DNA of 58,661 bases, the filler included, from an uncultured Myxococcia bacterium (lineage in GTDB: Bacteria; CAZTWC01), in NCBI GenBank assembly GCA_964617105.1. It is 2 parts of 2 records of this genome, joined end to end, with 100 filler letters (N's around TTAATTAATTAA, not from the genome) between each part and the next. Parts side by side here need not be neighbours in the genome. Positions count along the whole stretch, not along the records: positions 1 to 29,333 come from CAZTWC010000011.1; 1 more part is not named here. One strand, 5' to 3'. Of the stretch, positions 18,339 to 27,922 are shown in pieces. Made by a program: the position numbers and the translations under genes. Below the pieces are notes generated by a model. The model was given only the letters and a program-made list of their open reading frames with translations. It searched no databases and was not told the origin of the DNA. Positions within the stretch are counted from its first letter, which is position 1, and the number at the start of each line of letters is the position of its first letter.

Positions 18339-19025
18339 TTAACAACTACCTGCGGGCGTACACGCTTTGTAGCAGCACTTTGGAGTTACTCCGGAACAAT
18401 CGCTGTCTTTAATACACGAGCCACCTGCGCCGCCAGTGAGATCGCCGACATCTGGTATACCGGTAGTCTTGGAAGTGCAGGCTTTGGTACCGCCAGGCGT
18501 ACAGGTCAAGTCCGCTTTGGTGTATTTCTCTTCTTTGCCGTCCGGGCATTTCAAAGTCATGTTACCATCCTTGTCGGTGGTGAGATCGAATTTTTTATTA
18601 TCTTTGCTGGTAAATTCGGTGGTGTTAACACCGGTTTTAGAATCGTAATTAACCACTTTGTAAGTGTAACAACTTTCCCCTCCCTTGGATTTGGCGGTGC
18701 CGCTTACATCGGTAGTGCTCTTGGCATTTACCTCCATTTTTTCGCCAGATTCCCAGGTTACAGTGGCTTTCATCTTGCTTACGTCAAAAACAGATTCACA
18801 GGAACCAGAGGGTAAAAAACAGGAGATAGCATCTTTCAGGCAACTATCTTTAAAAGGGCTGTCATCCAAACTGGTACATGCCTTGGCAGCTCCGCTTAGT
18901 GAAGTTGACGGGTCAGTGATGTTACTACCGCCGTTATCAGTGTTGTCCTTCGAGTCACTGGAGCCACAATGGGCCAGGAAAGCAGTCATAATCAAACATA
19001 AAACTAAAATTGATACTTTTTTCAT
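18339..19025 (-). CDS. Cys-rich lipoprotein, paralog of 17474-18226
   Basis: AAGGAG RBS, MKKVS signal, LAHC lipobox; extra C-terminal CIKDSDCSGVTPKCCYKAC module. Confidence 0.78.
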   Translation of the reverse strand: MKKVSILVLCLIMTAFLAHCGSSDSKDNTDNGGSNITDPSTSLSGAAKACTSLDDSPFKDSCLKDAISCFLPSGSCESVFDVSKMKATVTWESGEKMEVNAKSTTDVSGTAKSKGGESCYTYKVVNYDSKTGVNTTEFTSKDNKKFDLTTDKDGNMTLKCPDGKEEKYTKADLTCTPGGTKACTSKTTGIPDVGDLTGGAGGSCIKDSDCSGVTPKCCYKACTPAGSC

Positions 19026-19082
19026 TTTTTTCTCCTTGGTATCAGGTTTGCGTCCATTCCCAAAAAAATAATGGGTAGACAA

Positions 19083-21668
19083 TTAAAATTCAAGCGGCCG
19101 GTTGATCTCCTCCAGCCGGGGAGCAACTTTTTCCTGGTATAGAGCTAAATATTCATCCAACGTGGGTATCTGCCCCTTGATGGCTATTACGGTAGCCAAA
19201 TGAGCCGAGCCTAAAAAGACCTGTGCGCCGGTTCCCATCCGGTTATCAAAATTTCTGGTGCTGGTGGAGAAAGTATTGGCATTATCAGCCACCTGGGCCT
19301 GGTTGCCCATGCACAGGGAGCATCCCGGCACATGGATGTTAGCGCCCGCCTCCATCAACCGCCCCAGAATTCCTTCTCTGCCTAACTGAACATTGCTCTC
19401 TCTATCTGGAGGTACGGTCCAAAATTTCATCTGGTGGGGGATCTTTTCCCCTTCCAGCAGGGCGGCGGCCACTCTAAAGTCGGTAATATCCACCATGCAG
19501 CTGCCGATAAAAACCTCATCGATCCGGGTCCCAGCCACCTCAGATAGGGTCACTATCTTATCTGGATCATTGGGCGCAGCCAACAGAGGCTCCTTGATCT
19601 GTTTCAGGTCGATATCCACCACTTCGGCATAGTCAGCCTTCTGGTCCGCTTCCGGCAAGGAGGGATTTTTCAGCCACTCCTCCATCTTTTCTATAACCAC
19701 CTTTACCGTTGGTGATGGGTGACGTTGGGAAAAATTGGTTTTCAAGAATTTCAGATTATTTTCCACATATTGGATTACATTATCCAGTTTATGAGAAAAA
19801 GTGCTTCCCGCTGCCGACCTTTCGGCCGAAGCATCAGTCAACTTGTAGGCTTCAACTACATTGAGAAATTCAAGTCCCTGGATCTCCAAAATGCGATCCG
19901 CAAAGGCATTGGCCTTTTTATCGCCCTTTTCCAGATTTACCAAACCGGTTTTCAGACCCACGTAGGGAATAGCGTTGACTAAATCCCGCACCGTAATGCC
20001 TGGCTCCATCTTCCCCTTAAAGCGGGCCAACACAGATTCCGGCATATCCAGAGGAAAATAACCCTGGCTAGCAGCAAAAGCCACCAGGTCTGAACCCGCT
20101 GGAAAAGAGATGCCAATAGGAAATCTGGTATGGCTGTCACCGCCGGTGCCTACAAAATATGGGAGCAGAAAGCGATTGCCATTGATGTGAATAACCCCAT
20201 CTCCAGGGCGCAGATCGATGCCGCCCAAATGGTTCATAAAACCGCCCAACCGGTTTTGCATACTGGAATCTTTGCTCTTTGGTCCCGCTGCAGTATGGCA
20301 AAAGGACTGTATCATAACAGTGTTGAATTTTTTGCAGGCCAACTCCTGAATCTCTTGCATGGTCATGGCGCCGGTAGTATCCTGACTGTAAACCAATTCG
20401 GCCTTTGGTTCCAGATAATCTCCCGGTTTAACTCCCTTACAGCCGCAGGCCTGGCCAATAATTTTTTGGGCTAAAGAGAAAGATGCATCTGCTTCATAGT
20501 GACAAAATTCCGGTAATTCCAAGGCCACATCCTTGACCCCAATCCCCTTTTGGGCACAAATCTTTCTCACCTCCCTGGTTAATTTACGGCCGATTATCAA
20601 GTTGTTTCTGCCTCCAGCCCTGGCTTCTTCAAGAATAGAGGCTGGTTCAACCTTGAACTCGGAAAGAACCACTCCATTTTCATCTTTTACCACTCCAGCC
20701 TGCAAATCCACATTAACAATAGTACCCTCTTCGATTTTGCCAGTGGAGCAGCGTATGGGAATGGAACCACATCCTCTCAGGGTGTTAAAAAAGATGGGGG
20801 CTATCTTAGCGGCCATCACCAGACCACCGCGCCGTTTATTTGGCACATTAGGGATATTGTCCCCAATCCACCATACCAGTGAATTGGAGGCTGATTTGCG
20901 TGAACTGCCAGTGCCGACCACGTCTCCAGCCAGCATTATCTTTTTACCAATCTCCTTTAATTTGGCCAACCGTTGGAGAAAATTTTGATCGTGGGGACTA
21001 GTGGATAATATCTTCAAAGCGTGCAGAGGAATATCATCCCGGGTAGAAGCTTCCTGGGCGGGTGAGAAAAAATCGGTATTAATCTCGCCGGTAGTGCGAA
21101 CGACCATCATCTGCCTCTGCATCTCCAACGGGGGGCAGGAACTGAACCAACTGGCAGCGCCCAAATTGGCCAGTACCTTACGGGCGTAAGAGTTGCTGTC
21201 CGCCATTTTTGATATTCTCTCCAACTCGTCTGGACTGATTAAAAACAGTTTTGACAGTATTTCCACTGCCCTTTCAGCCAGAGTGCCCTCGTAATCCAGA
21301 GCATTGATGATATATTCCATATTGGCGCCGCCAACCATCCGGCCTAACATATCCAGGGTCATCATTCTATCGATATAAACCGACCTTTTCTGCTCTCCTA
21401 AAATTTCACCTAAAAATGAGGCTTTTACCTGAGAAGCGGGATATACTCCCGGCGGCACCCGATGGTCTAACAGGTAAAGAAGTGAATCCACGGTGTTCTG
21501 ATAACCGGGAAGCGAAAAAAATCCCTGATCTAAAGTCTCTTCAAGTAAAGCCTGGCATACAGCCTCCACCTGCCCGGCTGATAACGGCAAAGGTGGTATT
21601 CCCTGAGTTTCTCTCTGTTTGAGATGAGCCAAGTATTCATCTCTAAAAATTTCCAATTTTTCATTCAT
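19083..21668 (-). CDS. acnB: Aconitate hydratase B / 2-methylisocitrate dehydratase
   Basis: GTGSSRKSASNSL, SQDTTG, QSFCHTAA, GGDSHTRFPIGISFPAGS, IGSCM, PGCSLCMGNQ, STSTRNFDNRMG. Confidence 0.96.
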   Translation of the reverse strand: MNEKLEIFRDEYLAHLKQRETQGIPPLPLSAGQVEAVCQALLEETLDQGFFSLPGYQNTVDSLLYLLDHRVPPGVYPASQVKASFLGEILGEQKRSVYIDRMMTLDMLGRMVGGANMEYIINALDYEGTLAERAVEILSKLFLISPDELERISKMADSNSYARKVLANLGAASWFSSCPPLEMQRQMMVVRTTGEINTDFFSPAQEASTRDDIPLHALKILSTSPHDQNFLQRLAKLKEIGKKIMLAGDVVGTGSSRKSASNSLVWWIGDNIPNVPNKRRGGLVMAAKIAPIFFNTLRGCGSIPIRCSTGKIEEGTIVNVDLQAGVVKDENGVVLSEFKVEPASILEEARAGGRNNLIIGRKLTREVRKICAQKGIGVKDVALELPEFCHYEADASFSLAQKIIGQACGCKGVKPGDYLEPKAELVYSQDTTGAMTMQEIQELACKKFNTVMIQSFCHTAAGPKSKDSSMQNRLGGFMNHLGGIDLRPGDGVIHINGNRFLLPYFVGTGGDSHTRFPIGISFPAGSDLVAFAASQGYFPLDMPESVLARFKGKMEPGITVRDLVNAIPYVGLKTGLVNLEKGDKKANAFADRILEIQGLEFLNVVEAYKLTDASAERSAAGSTFSHKLDNVIQYVENNLKFLKTNFSQRHPSPTVKVVIEKMEEWLKNPSLPEADQKADYAEVVDIDLKQIKEPLLAAPNDPDKIVTLSEVAGTRIDEVFIGSCMVDITDFRVAAALLEGEKIPHQMKFWTVPPDRESNVQLGREGILGRLMEAGANIHVPGCSLCMGNQAQVADNANTFSTSTRNFDNRMGTGAQVFLGSAHLATVIAIKGQIPTLDEYLALYQEKVAPRLEEINRPLEF

Positions 21669-21741
21669 ACCAACTCTCTCCTAATTTAAAATTTATAATA
21701 CCTACAAAATCTCTTATATTTCTAATTATTTCTAATCTACC

Positions 21742-22944
21742 TCATGCGCCCAACTCTCTATCCACTCTGAACATTATTTCGCCAATCAAAATAAAATCAC
21801 TATGATTCAGCACTACCTCTTTGATGATCCTTAAAAAAGTTCCATTGGTGCTATCCAGGTCCTGAAGAAACCATTTTTCCTCTGTGAAATAGATTATCGC
21901 ATGCCGTGCAGAGATATAACTGTCATGCGCAAAAGTAATATTGCCGCTGGTTCTACCCACCAAATTTTCATCTTTGTTGTTCAGGAAATAAATATTGCCT
22001 ATGGTAGCGTTGTCAAATACTTGTACCAACCTCCATTTAGATCCGCTATGCTTGCTGCCCCAAAGTTTGGTGCCCGCTTCATCTTGAAAAAAATCATCTT
22101 TGGTAAATATCTCCCGGTAGTCGGAAAAGCGTAATAGTTCCTGGCCAATCCGAATATAGTCACCAGGCTGAATCTGTATTTTACCTTTTAATTGTTTAAA
22201 AATACCGTTTTTGCTGCCCAGATCCTGCACCATCAGTTTACCATCCAGGTTGTAAAAGCGAGCGTGTTTGGAAGAGATATAATCATTCCCCTTAAAATCA
22301 ATATCTCCTTCACCTTTACCCAGTAAGGTCAAATCGCTTTTTAAAGGATATATTTCTCCCTCGGTGCCATCCATATTTATAGTTACCAGACGATCACCAT
22401 GAACTTGATTCTCCTTTCCTACAGTACGGCAAAACATAGTTTCTGACCAATTGAAAGCCTCGGGTGAATGTTTACCATATTTGGTGCCGCAACTACCGCA
22501 AAAACTGTTTTGGGCTGGAACCAATAAGCCACAATTCATGCAAACCTGCCCTTCAGATATGGTTTGAAAATTCTCACTTTCTCCGTTAGTATTTTGGTCA
22601 GATAAATTTTCCGATTCCTGAGGTTTGCTCTCCTCCGCCGGCTCTTCAACCGGCATCATCCGCATCACGGTTTTTTCCTCAAAGTCATCATTCCTTGATT
22701 CCCGGGCTTCACCTGGCGACTCAGGTTCCAACTCTTTTTGACTCACCGGTTTCAGTTCTTGCTCAGTTTGAATAACCACCAAAGGTTCTTTCATTTTATC
22801 AATAGGATTTTCCACCAATTGATGCCCGCAATCACGACAAAATAAATAAGCAACCGCATTCTCGGCCCAACAAGCAGGACAATGGACAGTGTCTGCTTCT
22901 TCCCGCTTAAATTTTTTTAATAACCTGGCAAACAACTTGACCAT
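21742..22944 (-). CDS. Double zinc-ribbon + two FHA domain protein
   Basis: CPAC..CRDC and CMNC..CGSC ribbons; ISSKHA..DLGSKNG and GR..ISARHA..DLDSTNGTF. Confidence 0.85.
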   Translation of the reverse strand: MVKLFARLLKKFKREEADTVHCPACWAENAVAYLFCRDCGHQLVENPIDKMKEPLVVIQTEQELKPVSQKELEPESPGEARESRNDDFEEKTVMRMMPVEEPAEESKPQESENLSDQNTNGESENFQTISEGQVCMNCGLLVPAQNSFCGSCGTKYGKHSPEAFNWSETMFCRTVGKENQVHGDRLVTINMDGTEGEIYPLKSDLTLLGKGEGDIDFKGNDYISSKHARFYNLDGKLMVQDLGSKNGIFKQLKGKIQIQPGDYIRIGQELLRFSDYREIFTKDDFFQDEAGTKLWGSKHSGSKWRLVQVFDNATIGNIYFLNNKDENLVGRTSGNITFAHDSYISARHAIIYFTEEKWFLQDLDSTNGTFLRIIKEVVLNHSDFILIGEIMFRVDRELGA

Positions 22945-23035
22945 TTAAACCTCTTCCCGGTTCTCCCCGGTATTGCATCATTGTTCAAATCGAATATATC
23001 CACTTTGCAAAATATGTCCAGCGAAAAAGCATCTA

Positions 23036-23065
23036 TTGACATAGTGGCGGAATAAAGCTTATAGT
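23036..23065 (+). promoter_or_regulatory. Candidate sigma70 promoter of the Rieske operon
   Basis: TTGACA-18 nt-TATAGT. Confidence 0.45.
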
Positions 23066-23079
23066 GATATTCATAAGTT

Positions 23080-23529
23080 ATGGATAGAAGAAAACTCATA
23101 TATTATCTTACCGGCGCAGCCAGCGCCTGTGTATGCGGACTATTTGGTGCCATAGGATGCCGGTTTTTCTCCTCTCAGGTTTCTCGCCTGGGGCGCACCA
23201 TGTTCAGACTGGCCCAGGCCAAAGATTACCCGGTTAACAGCATCACCTATTTCGAGGAGATGGGTCTATTTCTGTTTAGAAAAGAGGAGGGCTTTTTTGC
23301 TATCTCCAACACTTGCCCTCACCTGGGATGCAAGGTTAAACAGCGAGATGAAGGCTTTGTTTGTCACTGTCACGGCAGTTATTTTGATCAACAGGGTAAG
23401 GTGTTAACCGGACCGTCTCCCCGGCACCTTGCCTGGTATAAAATATCCCAGGATGTTTATGGTATGCTGGTGATAGATAGAAAAGAGGAAGTAAAACCGG
23501 GTACTTTATATTCGCCCCTTAATTCTTAA
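23080..23529 (+). CDS. Rieske [2Fe-2S] subunit of a Rieske/cytochrome b complex
   Basis: Twin-Arg N-terminus, CPHLGC and CHCHGS, GPSPRHL. Confidence 0.92.
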   Translation: MDRRKLIYYLTGAASACVCGLFGAIGCRFFSSQVSRLGRTMFRLAQAKDYPVNSITYFEEMGLFLFRKEEGFFAISNTCPHLGCKVKQRDEGFVCHCHGSYFDQQGKVLTGPSPRHLAWYKISQDVYGMLVIDRKEEVKPGTLYSPLNS

Positions 23530-23562
23530 TTAAAACTGTTCGATTGATCTTTTAATTACACT

Positions 23563-24822
23563 ATGGTTATTAAAAAAGATGGACATAAAACCGATATGAA
23601 CCTGGGTTCAATCTTGAAAACCTCTTTTTTCAATCATCTAAACCCACCCCGGGTAAGTCACGATTCTCTACGGATAGTAACCACTTTTGGCCTGGGTATA
23701 ATCTCTTTTTCCCTTTTCATCATTTTAACGATCACCGGCATCATGCTGATGTTTTACTACATACCTTCGCTGGAAATAGCCTACAACAATGTCACCGACC
23801 TGGACCAGATTGTGCCCTTTGGCCGGCTAATTCGCAATATGCACCGCTGGGCCGGCCATGCCATGGTGGTAACAGTATCACTCCACCTGGTTAGAATCTA
23901 TCTGACCTCCGCCTTTTTCCACCAACGTCGATTAAATTGGCAAATTGGAATCGCCCTGTTTGCCTTAACCTTTTTGCTGGCTTTTACCGGTTATCTACTT
24001 CCCTGGGACCAATTGGGATATTGGGCCGGAGTTATCGGAGTAAATTTTTTCCGGCAATTGCCCCTGGTGGGCGGACTGATGAATGACGGCCAAATTGGCC
24101 AAACCACCCTGATCTATTTCTATACCTTTCATGTGGTATTTTTGCCACTCCTGGCCACTATACTGATAGCCATCCATTTTTGGCGAATCCGTAAAGACGG
24201 CGGTCTGGCCAAATCTGGACAAACCAAAGAATTATCTCCATCCTGGCCCTTATTAATTAAATACCAACTAGTCGGTTTGCTGACCACTCTGGCAATAGTT
24301 TGGCTGATATCCCTGCTTTTTAATGCCCCAATCCACGGTTTACCCGACCCACTTCATCCCAGCAACCCATCCAAAGCCGCCTGGTACCTGGTGGGAGTTC
24401 AAGAGATGGTCAGTTATTCCACTACCATGGGCGGCATGGTGATTCCGGGTACGATTATGTTTTTTTTAATCCTGGTTCCATTTATCGATCTCCCGGTAAA
24501 AACAGCGGGCAACTGGCCTACCGCCAAAACCGATATCTTGATTATGGGGACCGCCTCCTTATTAACCATCATCCTGACTCTGAGCATTACGGTGTTGAAC
24601 AACATTTATCTCCCTGCCTGGAACAGCAGTTTGAGCAATATAGTTAATCCTGTAGTAATGCTATTATTTTTATGGCCAACCCTTTTTGGGATAACCTATA
24701 TTTTATCCCGAAACCGTCATTTGGCCCTGACAGCAGTATTTATCTCTATGGTTACCTCTCAGTTGAGTTTTATCATATTGGGATACTTTTTTCGGGGAAT
24801 TGACTGGAAGTTTATATTTTGA
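23563..24822 (+). CDS. Cytochrome b (b6-like N domain fused to subunit IV-like part)
   Basis: RNMHRWAGH..LH, FTGYLLPWDQ, FHVVFLP..IH, PSKAAWY. Confidence 0.9.
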   Translation: MVIKKDGHKTDMNLGSILKTSFFNHLNPPRVSHDSLRIVTTFGLGIISFSLFIILTITGIMLMFYYIPSLEIAYNNVTDLDQIVPFGRLIRNMHRWAGHAMVVTVSLHLVRIYLTSAFFHQRRLNWQIGIALFALTFLLAFTGYLLPWDQLGYWAGVIGVNFFRQLPLVGGLMNDGQIGQTTLIYFYTFHVVFLPLLATILIAIHFWRIRKDGGLAKSGQTKELSPSWPLLIKYQLVGLLTTLAIVWLISLLFNAPIHGLPDPLHPSNPSKAAWYLVGVQEMVSYSTTMGGMVIPGTIMFFLILVPFIDLPVKTAGNWPTAKTDILIMGTASLLTIILTLSITVLNNIYLPAWNSSLSNIVNPVVMLLFLWPTLFGITYILSRNRHLALTAVFISMVTSQLSFIILGYFFRGIDWKFIF

Positions 24823-24854
24823 CGTTATGGCCTGGTTGATTCGATTTTTCTATT

Positions 24855-25961
24855 ATGAATTTTAATGAAAATAAAATAAATATTTTTCTCCTCCTTACCC
24901 TGACGGCTTTGATAGTTCTGGCTGTAGTTTCTTTTATTATGGAAGGAGATCGCGACTGGCGTAAATATCAAAAAGAGTTTGCTTCTCTAGAGAGCAGACG
25001 GATAAAAAAACCGGTCCCGTCTCCAGGAATTGTTGAAATATTCGGGCTGAATAATAAACTGGAACGTTGCCTGACTTGCCATTTGGGAATAGAAATAGCT
25101 GATAATCCTTTTAGGAAGAATCCTTTTAAGCCACACCCATCTCTGCAAGGCCAATCAATATTAGAATCGAGCCACTCCTTTCGCCGCCTGGGATGCACCT
25201 TTTGCCACGGCGGCCAGGGACGGGCAGTAGAAAAAGAAAAGGCACATCGCCAGAAAGTTGAGGTAAATTTAACCGCCCATGGACAGGAAAAAGAAAAATT
25301 AACCTGGGCTAAAATCAACCAAAGGATCCGCCAATCATCCTGTATAGCCTGCCATAACCCGCAAGATAACCAGCAGAGCAATAATTTTTTAGCCGGTCAG
25401 CGGGAGTTTCTCAAAATGGCCTGTTTTGACTGCCACCGTATCGGTAAATGGGGTGGCCAGGTGGGTTCCGGACCCCATCTAAGCGAAATCGGTCGGCAAA
25501 GAACTTTTTCCTTTCTTTATAATTTCATGCTAGAAAAAAGAGATTGTTGCCAAATCGCCGACAAAAATCCTTCCGTGGGTTTAGGTATGTGGGATTACTC
25601 ATACATTTATAAAAAGGAGACCGAGAGGCTGCAGGCATTGGTAACTTTTTTGACCACCCTGGGCCAACGCCACGTTGTCCCATTCGATCTGCTGCCGATT
25701 AAAACGGTAAGGAGCGACCTGGCCTCGTCCCAACCCTGTTCTGGCTGCCACCTTAACGTGGGGAAAGAGAATTACCAACCAAAGGGCAAAAAACACCAAT
25801 GCCTTTTTATTAAAGATGAAGCAAAACAGTTAAATTGCCGGCGCTGCCATAGCGAAAATTCCATTAGTAAATTGAAAAACTCGAAAAAAAACGCAAAAAA
25901 ATGCGCATATATATCATCTCAGAAATTTTTATGTATAACCTGTCACAGGTTAGGATATTAA
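24855..25961 (+). CDS. Membrane-anchored multiheme cytochrome c (7 CxxCH)
   Basis: CLTCH, CTFCH, CIACH, CFDCH, CSGCH, CRRCH, CITCH; N-terminal TM helix. Confidence 0.88.
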   Translation: MNFNENKINIFLLLTLTALIVLAVVSFIMEGDRDWRKYQKEFASLESRRIKKPVPSPGIVEIFGLNNKLERCLTCHLGIEIADNPFRKNPFKPHPSLQGQSILESSHSFRRLGCTFCHGGQGRAVEKEKAHRQKVEVNLTAHGQEKEKLTWAKINQRIRQSSCIACHNPQDNQQSNNFLAGQREFLKMACFDCHRIGKWGGQVGSGPHLSEIGRQRTFSFLYNFMLEKRDCCQIADKNPSVGLGMWDYSYIYKKETERLQALVTFLTTLGQRHVVPFDLLPIKTVRSDLASSQPCSGCHLNVGKENYQPKGKKHQCLFIKDEAKQLNCRRCHSENSISKLKNSKKNAKKCAYISSQKFLCITCHRLGY

Positions 25962-26074
25962 ATTGGGTTATGAGTCAGTGATCAGGGATTTAGGGATCAG
26001 GAGTGATGAATAGTGGCTGGCAATTCAGTGTTGGCAACATTTTACTTGACTGTAACTACTTATATATTTAATCT

Positions 26075-27922
26075 ATGCCTATGAAAATAATGCTAATCAG
26101 ACCGCCGAGTATTCTCGGCTATATCGCTCGAGAGAACATCCAGCATCCTATCAACCTGACCATGCTGGCCAGTGAGGCTCTGGCCAGTGGCCTGGAAGTA
26201 GAACTTCTCGACTATGAACTGGAGATTTACGACAAAGCCCGTTTCGGATTCCGGGTCAGAAGCAGCAAACCTGATCTTATCGGTTTCTCTGCGGTTACAC
26301 CTCATATAACTATTTGTGCCGCTATGGCAGAAATTGCCAAAAAAAACCGGCCTCAGGTTTATACCGCTGTGGGCGGCCCCCACTCCAGTGTCCTGCCGGC
26401 AGAAACGCTGCAAGAATTCCCATACTTTGATTTCGTGGTAATTGGCGAAGGCGAATATACTCTGGTAGAATTATCTAAAACTCTGGAAGAGAGAGGCGAT
26501 GTGTCATCCATTGATGGTATCGCCTTCAGGCAAGAGGACCAGGTGGTAGTTAATAAACCCCGGGCCCTTATAAAAGATCTGAATAAACTCCATCTACCCG
26601 CCAGACAACTTTTATCCTTATCAGAATATTTTAAGATAAACCGCTTTAAGGGAGTATCTTCACCAGGGATCAGCAGGAAAGGGATCAGCACCACCCAAAT
26701 ATTCACTTCCCGCGGCTGTTGGGCTAAATGTATTTTCTGTCCCAACGATGCTGTTTTCGGCAATAAAAAATTAGGTCGAAAAATACGCTTCCGCAGCTAT
26801 GAAAGTATTGCCGAAGAGATTCTTCAATGTATTAAAGATTTTGGTATAAATCATTTCTCTATTGAAGACGAAGTTTTTCCGGTTAACAAAAAACTGCTGC
26901 ACCAACTCTGCTATCTATTTCGGCGCAACAATGTCACCTGGAACTGCAATGCCAGGGTGGATATATTAAACAAAGATGACCTGGAATTAATGGCTAAACA
27001 CGGCTGTCTCAAGTTGGAGTTGGGAGTGGAAAGCGGTAGCCCCAGGATACTGTCCAAAATCAAGAAAAAAATCAACCTGGACCAGGTGGAACAGGTTTTT
27101 TCCTGGGCCAAAGATGCAGGTATATTGCGTACAGCCTACCTGATGCTGGGCAGCCACCCGGAAGAAACAGAAGAGGATATATACTTAACTAAAAAACTGG
27201 TGCAGCGGATAAAACCAGACCTGATCACCTTTACTATTGCCGTCCCCTATCCAGGCACTGAACTCTACCAAATATTGAAAAAACATGGACTTCTAAAGGC
27301 CAGCAACTGGGAGTTTTTTCAATATTACAACCGTATACCTCCCTGGCGGACCTTTAACATGACCGCAGAGGAATTGGTCAAAAGACAAACCGAGTTTCTG
27401 CGCTGGTTTTATATGCGGCCCACCTATATGCTGCAGAAGTTATTCGAAATAAATTCGCCCCAGCAGTTTCTCTATTTTCTTTCTGCTGGTTTCAACACTT
27501 TTAAATATTTGCTCCTGGACAGAAAAAAACAGATAGACCGCCGTTCCGAACCGCGATTGAGAACCAAACTGCTCAAGGGGATATTAAGACAAGTGCCCCC
27601 ACCCAAAGGAATTACGGCGGTTTTTACAGAAAATTTGGGTACGGAATACGGGCCCTTCACGATTATCGACATCTCTTCCAGCGGTTTACAATTAAAAGTG
27701 CCTGAAGATGACCTGTTGCGGATAAAAATGGAATATAAGTTAGATTTAAACGGCGATGGTTTAGACTTTGGCCAGGAGTTAACCGCCAGGATGGTAAGGC
27801 AAACTCGAGGGAAAGCTGGTTTCAGGTTTATCAAAATCAACCGTACTCAAAAGCGCGGCCTGAAAAAATTGCTAAAGGACATAGCCCATGAAAGTAAACG
27901 GGAAAAAACTCTACAGCCTTAA
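26075..27922 (+). CDS. Cobalamin-binding radical SAM protein with C-terminal PilZ-like domain
   Basis: B12 domain (PDLIGFS, VGGPHSS, IGEGE), TSRGCWAKCIFC, GVESGS, PYPGTEL; tail DRRSEPR and DISSSG. Confidence 0.85.
   Translation: MPMKIMLIRPPSILGYIARENIQHPINLTMLASEALASGLEVELLDYELEIYDKARFGFRVRSSKPDLIGFSAVTPHITICAAMAEIAKKNRPQVYTAVGGPHSSVLPAETLQEFPYFDFVVIGEGEYTLVELSKTLEERGDVSSIDGIAFRQEDQVVVNKPRALIKDLNKLHLPARQLLSLSEYFKINRFKGVSSPGISRKGISTTQIFTSRGCWAKCIFCPNDAVFGNKKLGRKIRFRSYESIAEEILQCIKDFGINHFSIEDEVFPVNKKLLHQLCYLFRRNNVTWNCNARVDILNKDDLELMAKHGCLKLELGVESGSPRILSKIKKKINLDQVEQVFSWAKDAGILRTAYLMLGSHPEETEEDIYLTKKLVQRIKPDLITFTIAVPYPGTELYQILKKHGLLKASNWEFFQYYNRIPPWRTFNMTAEELVKRQTEFLRWFYMRPTYMLQKLFEINSPQQFLYFLSAGFNTFKYLLLDRKKQIDRRSEPRLRTKLLKGILRQVPPPKGITAVFTENLGTEYGPFTIIDISSSGLQLKVPEDDLLRIKMEYKLDLNGDGLDFGQELTARMVRQTRGKAGFRFIKINRTQKRGLKKLLKDIAHESKREKTLQP

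Noticed and set aside
25970-26036. Degenerate heptamer-like run (ATCAGGG ATTTAGG GATCAGG AGTGATG)
   Set aside because: Too short and degenerate to call a tandem repeat family or assign a function
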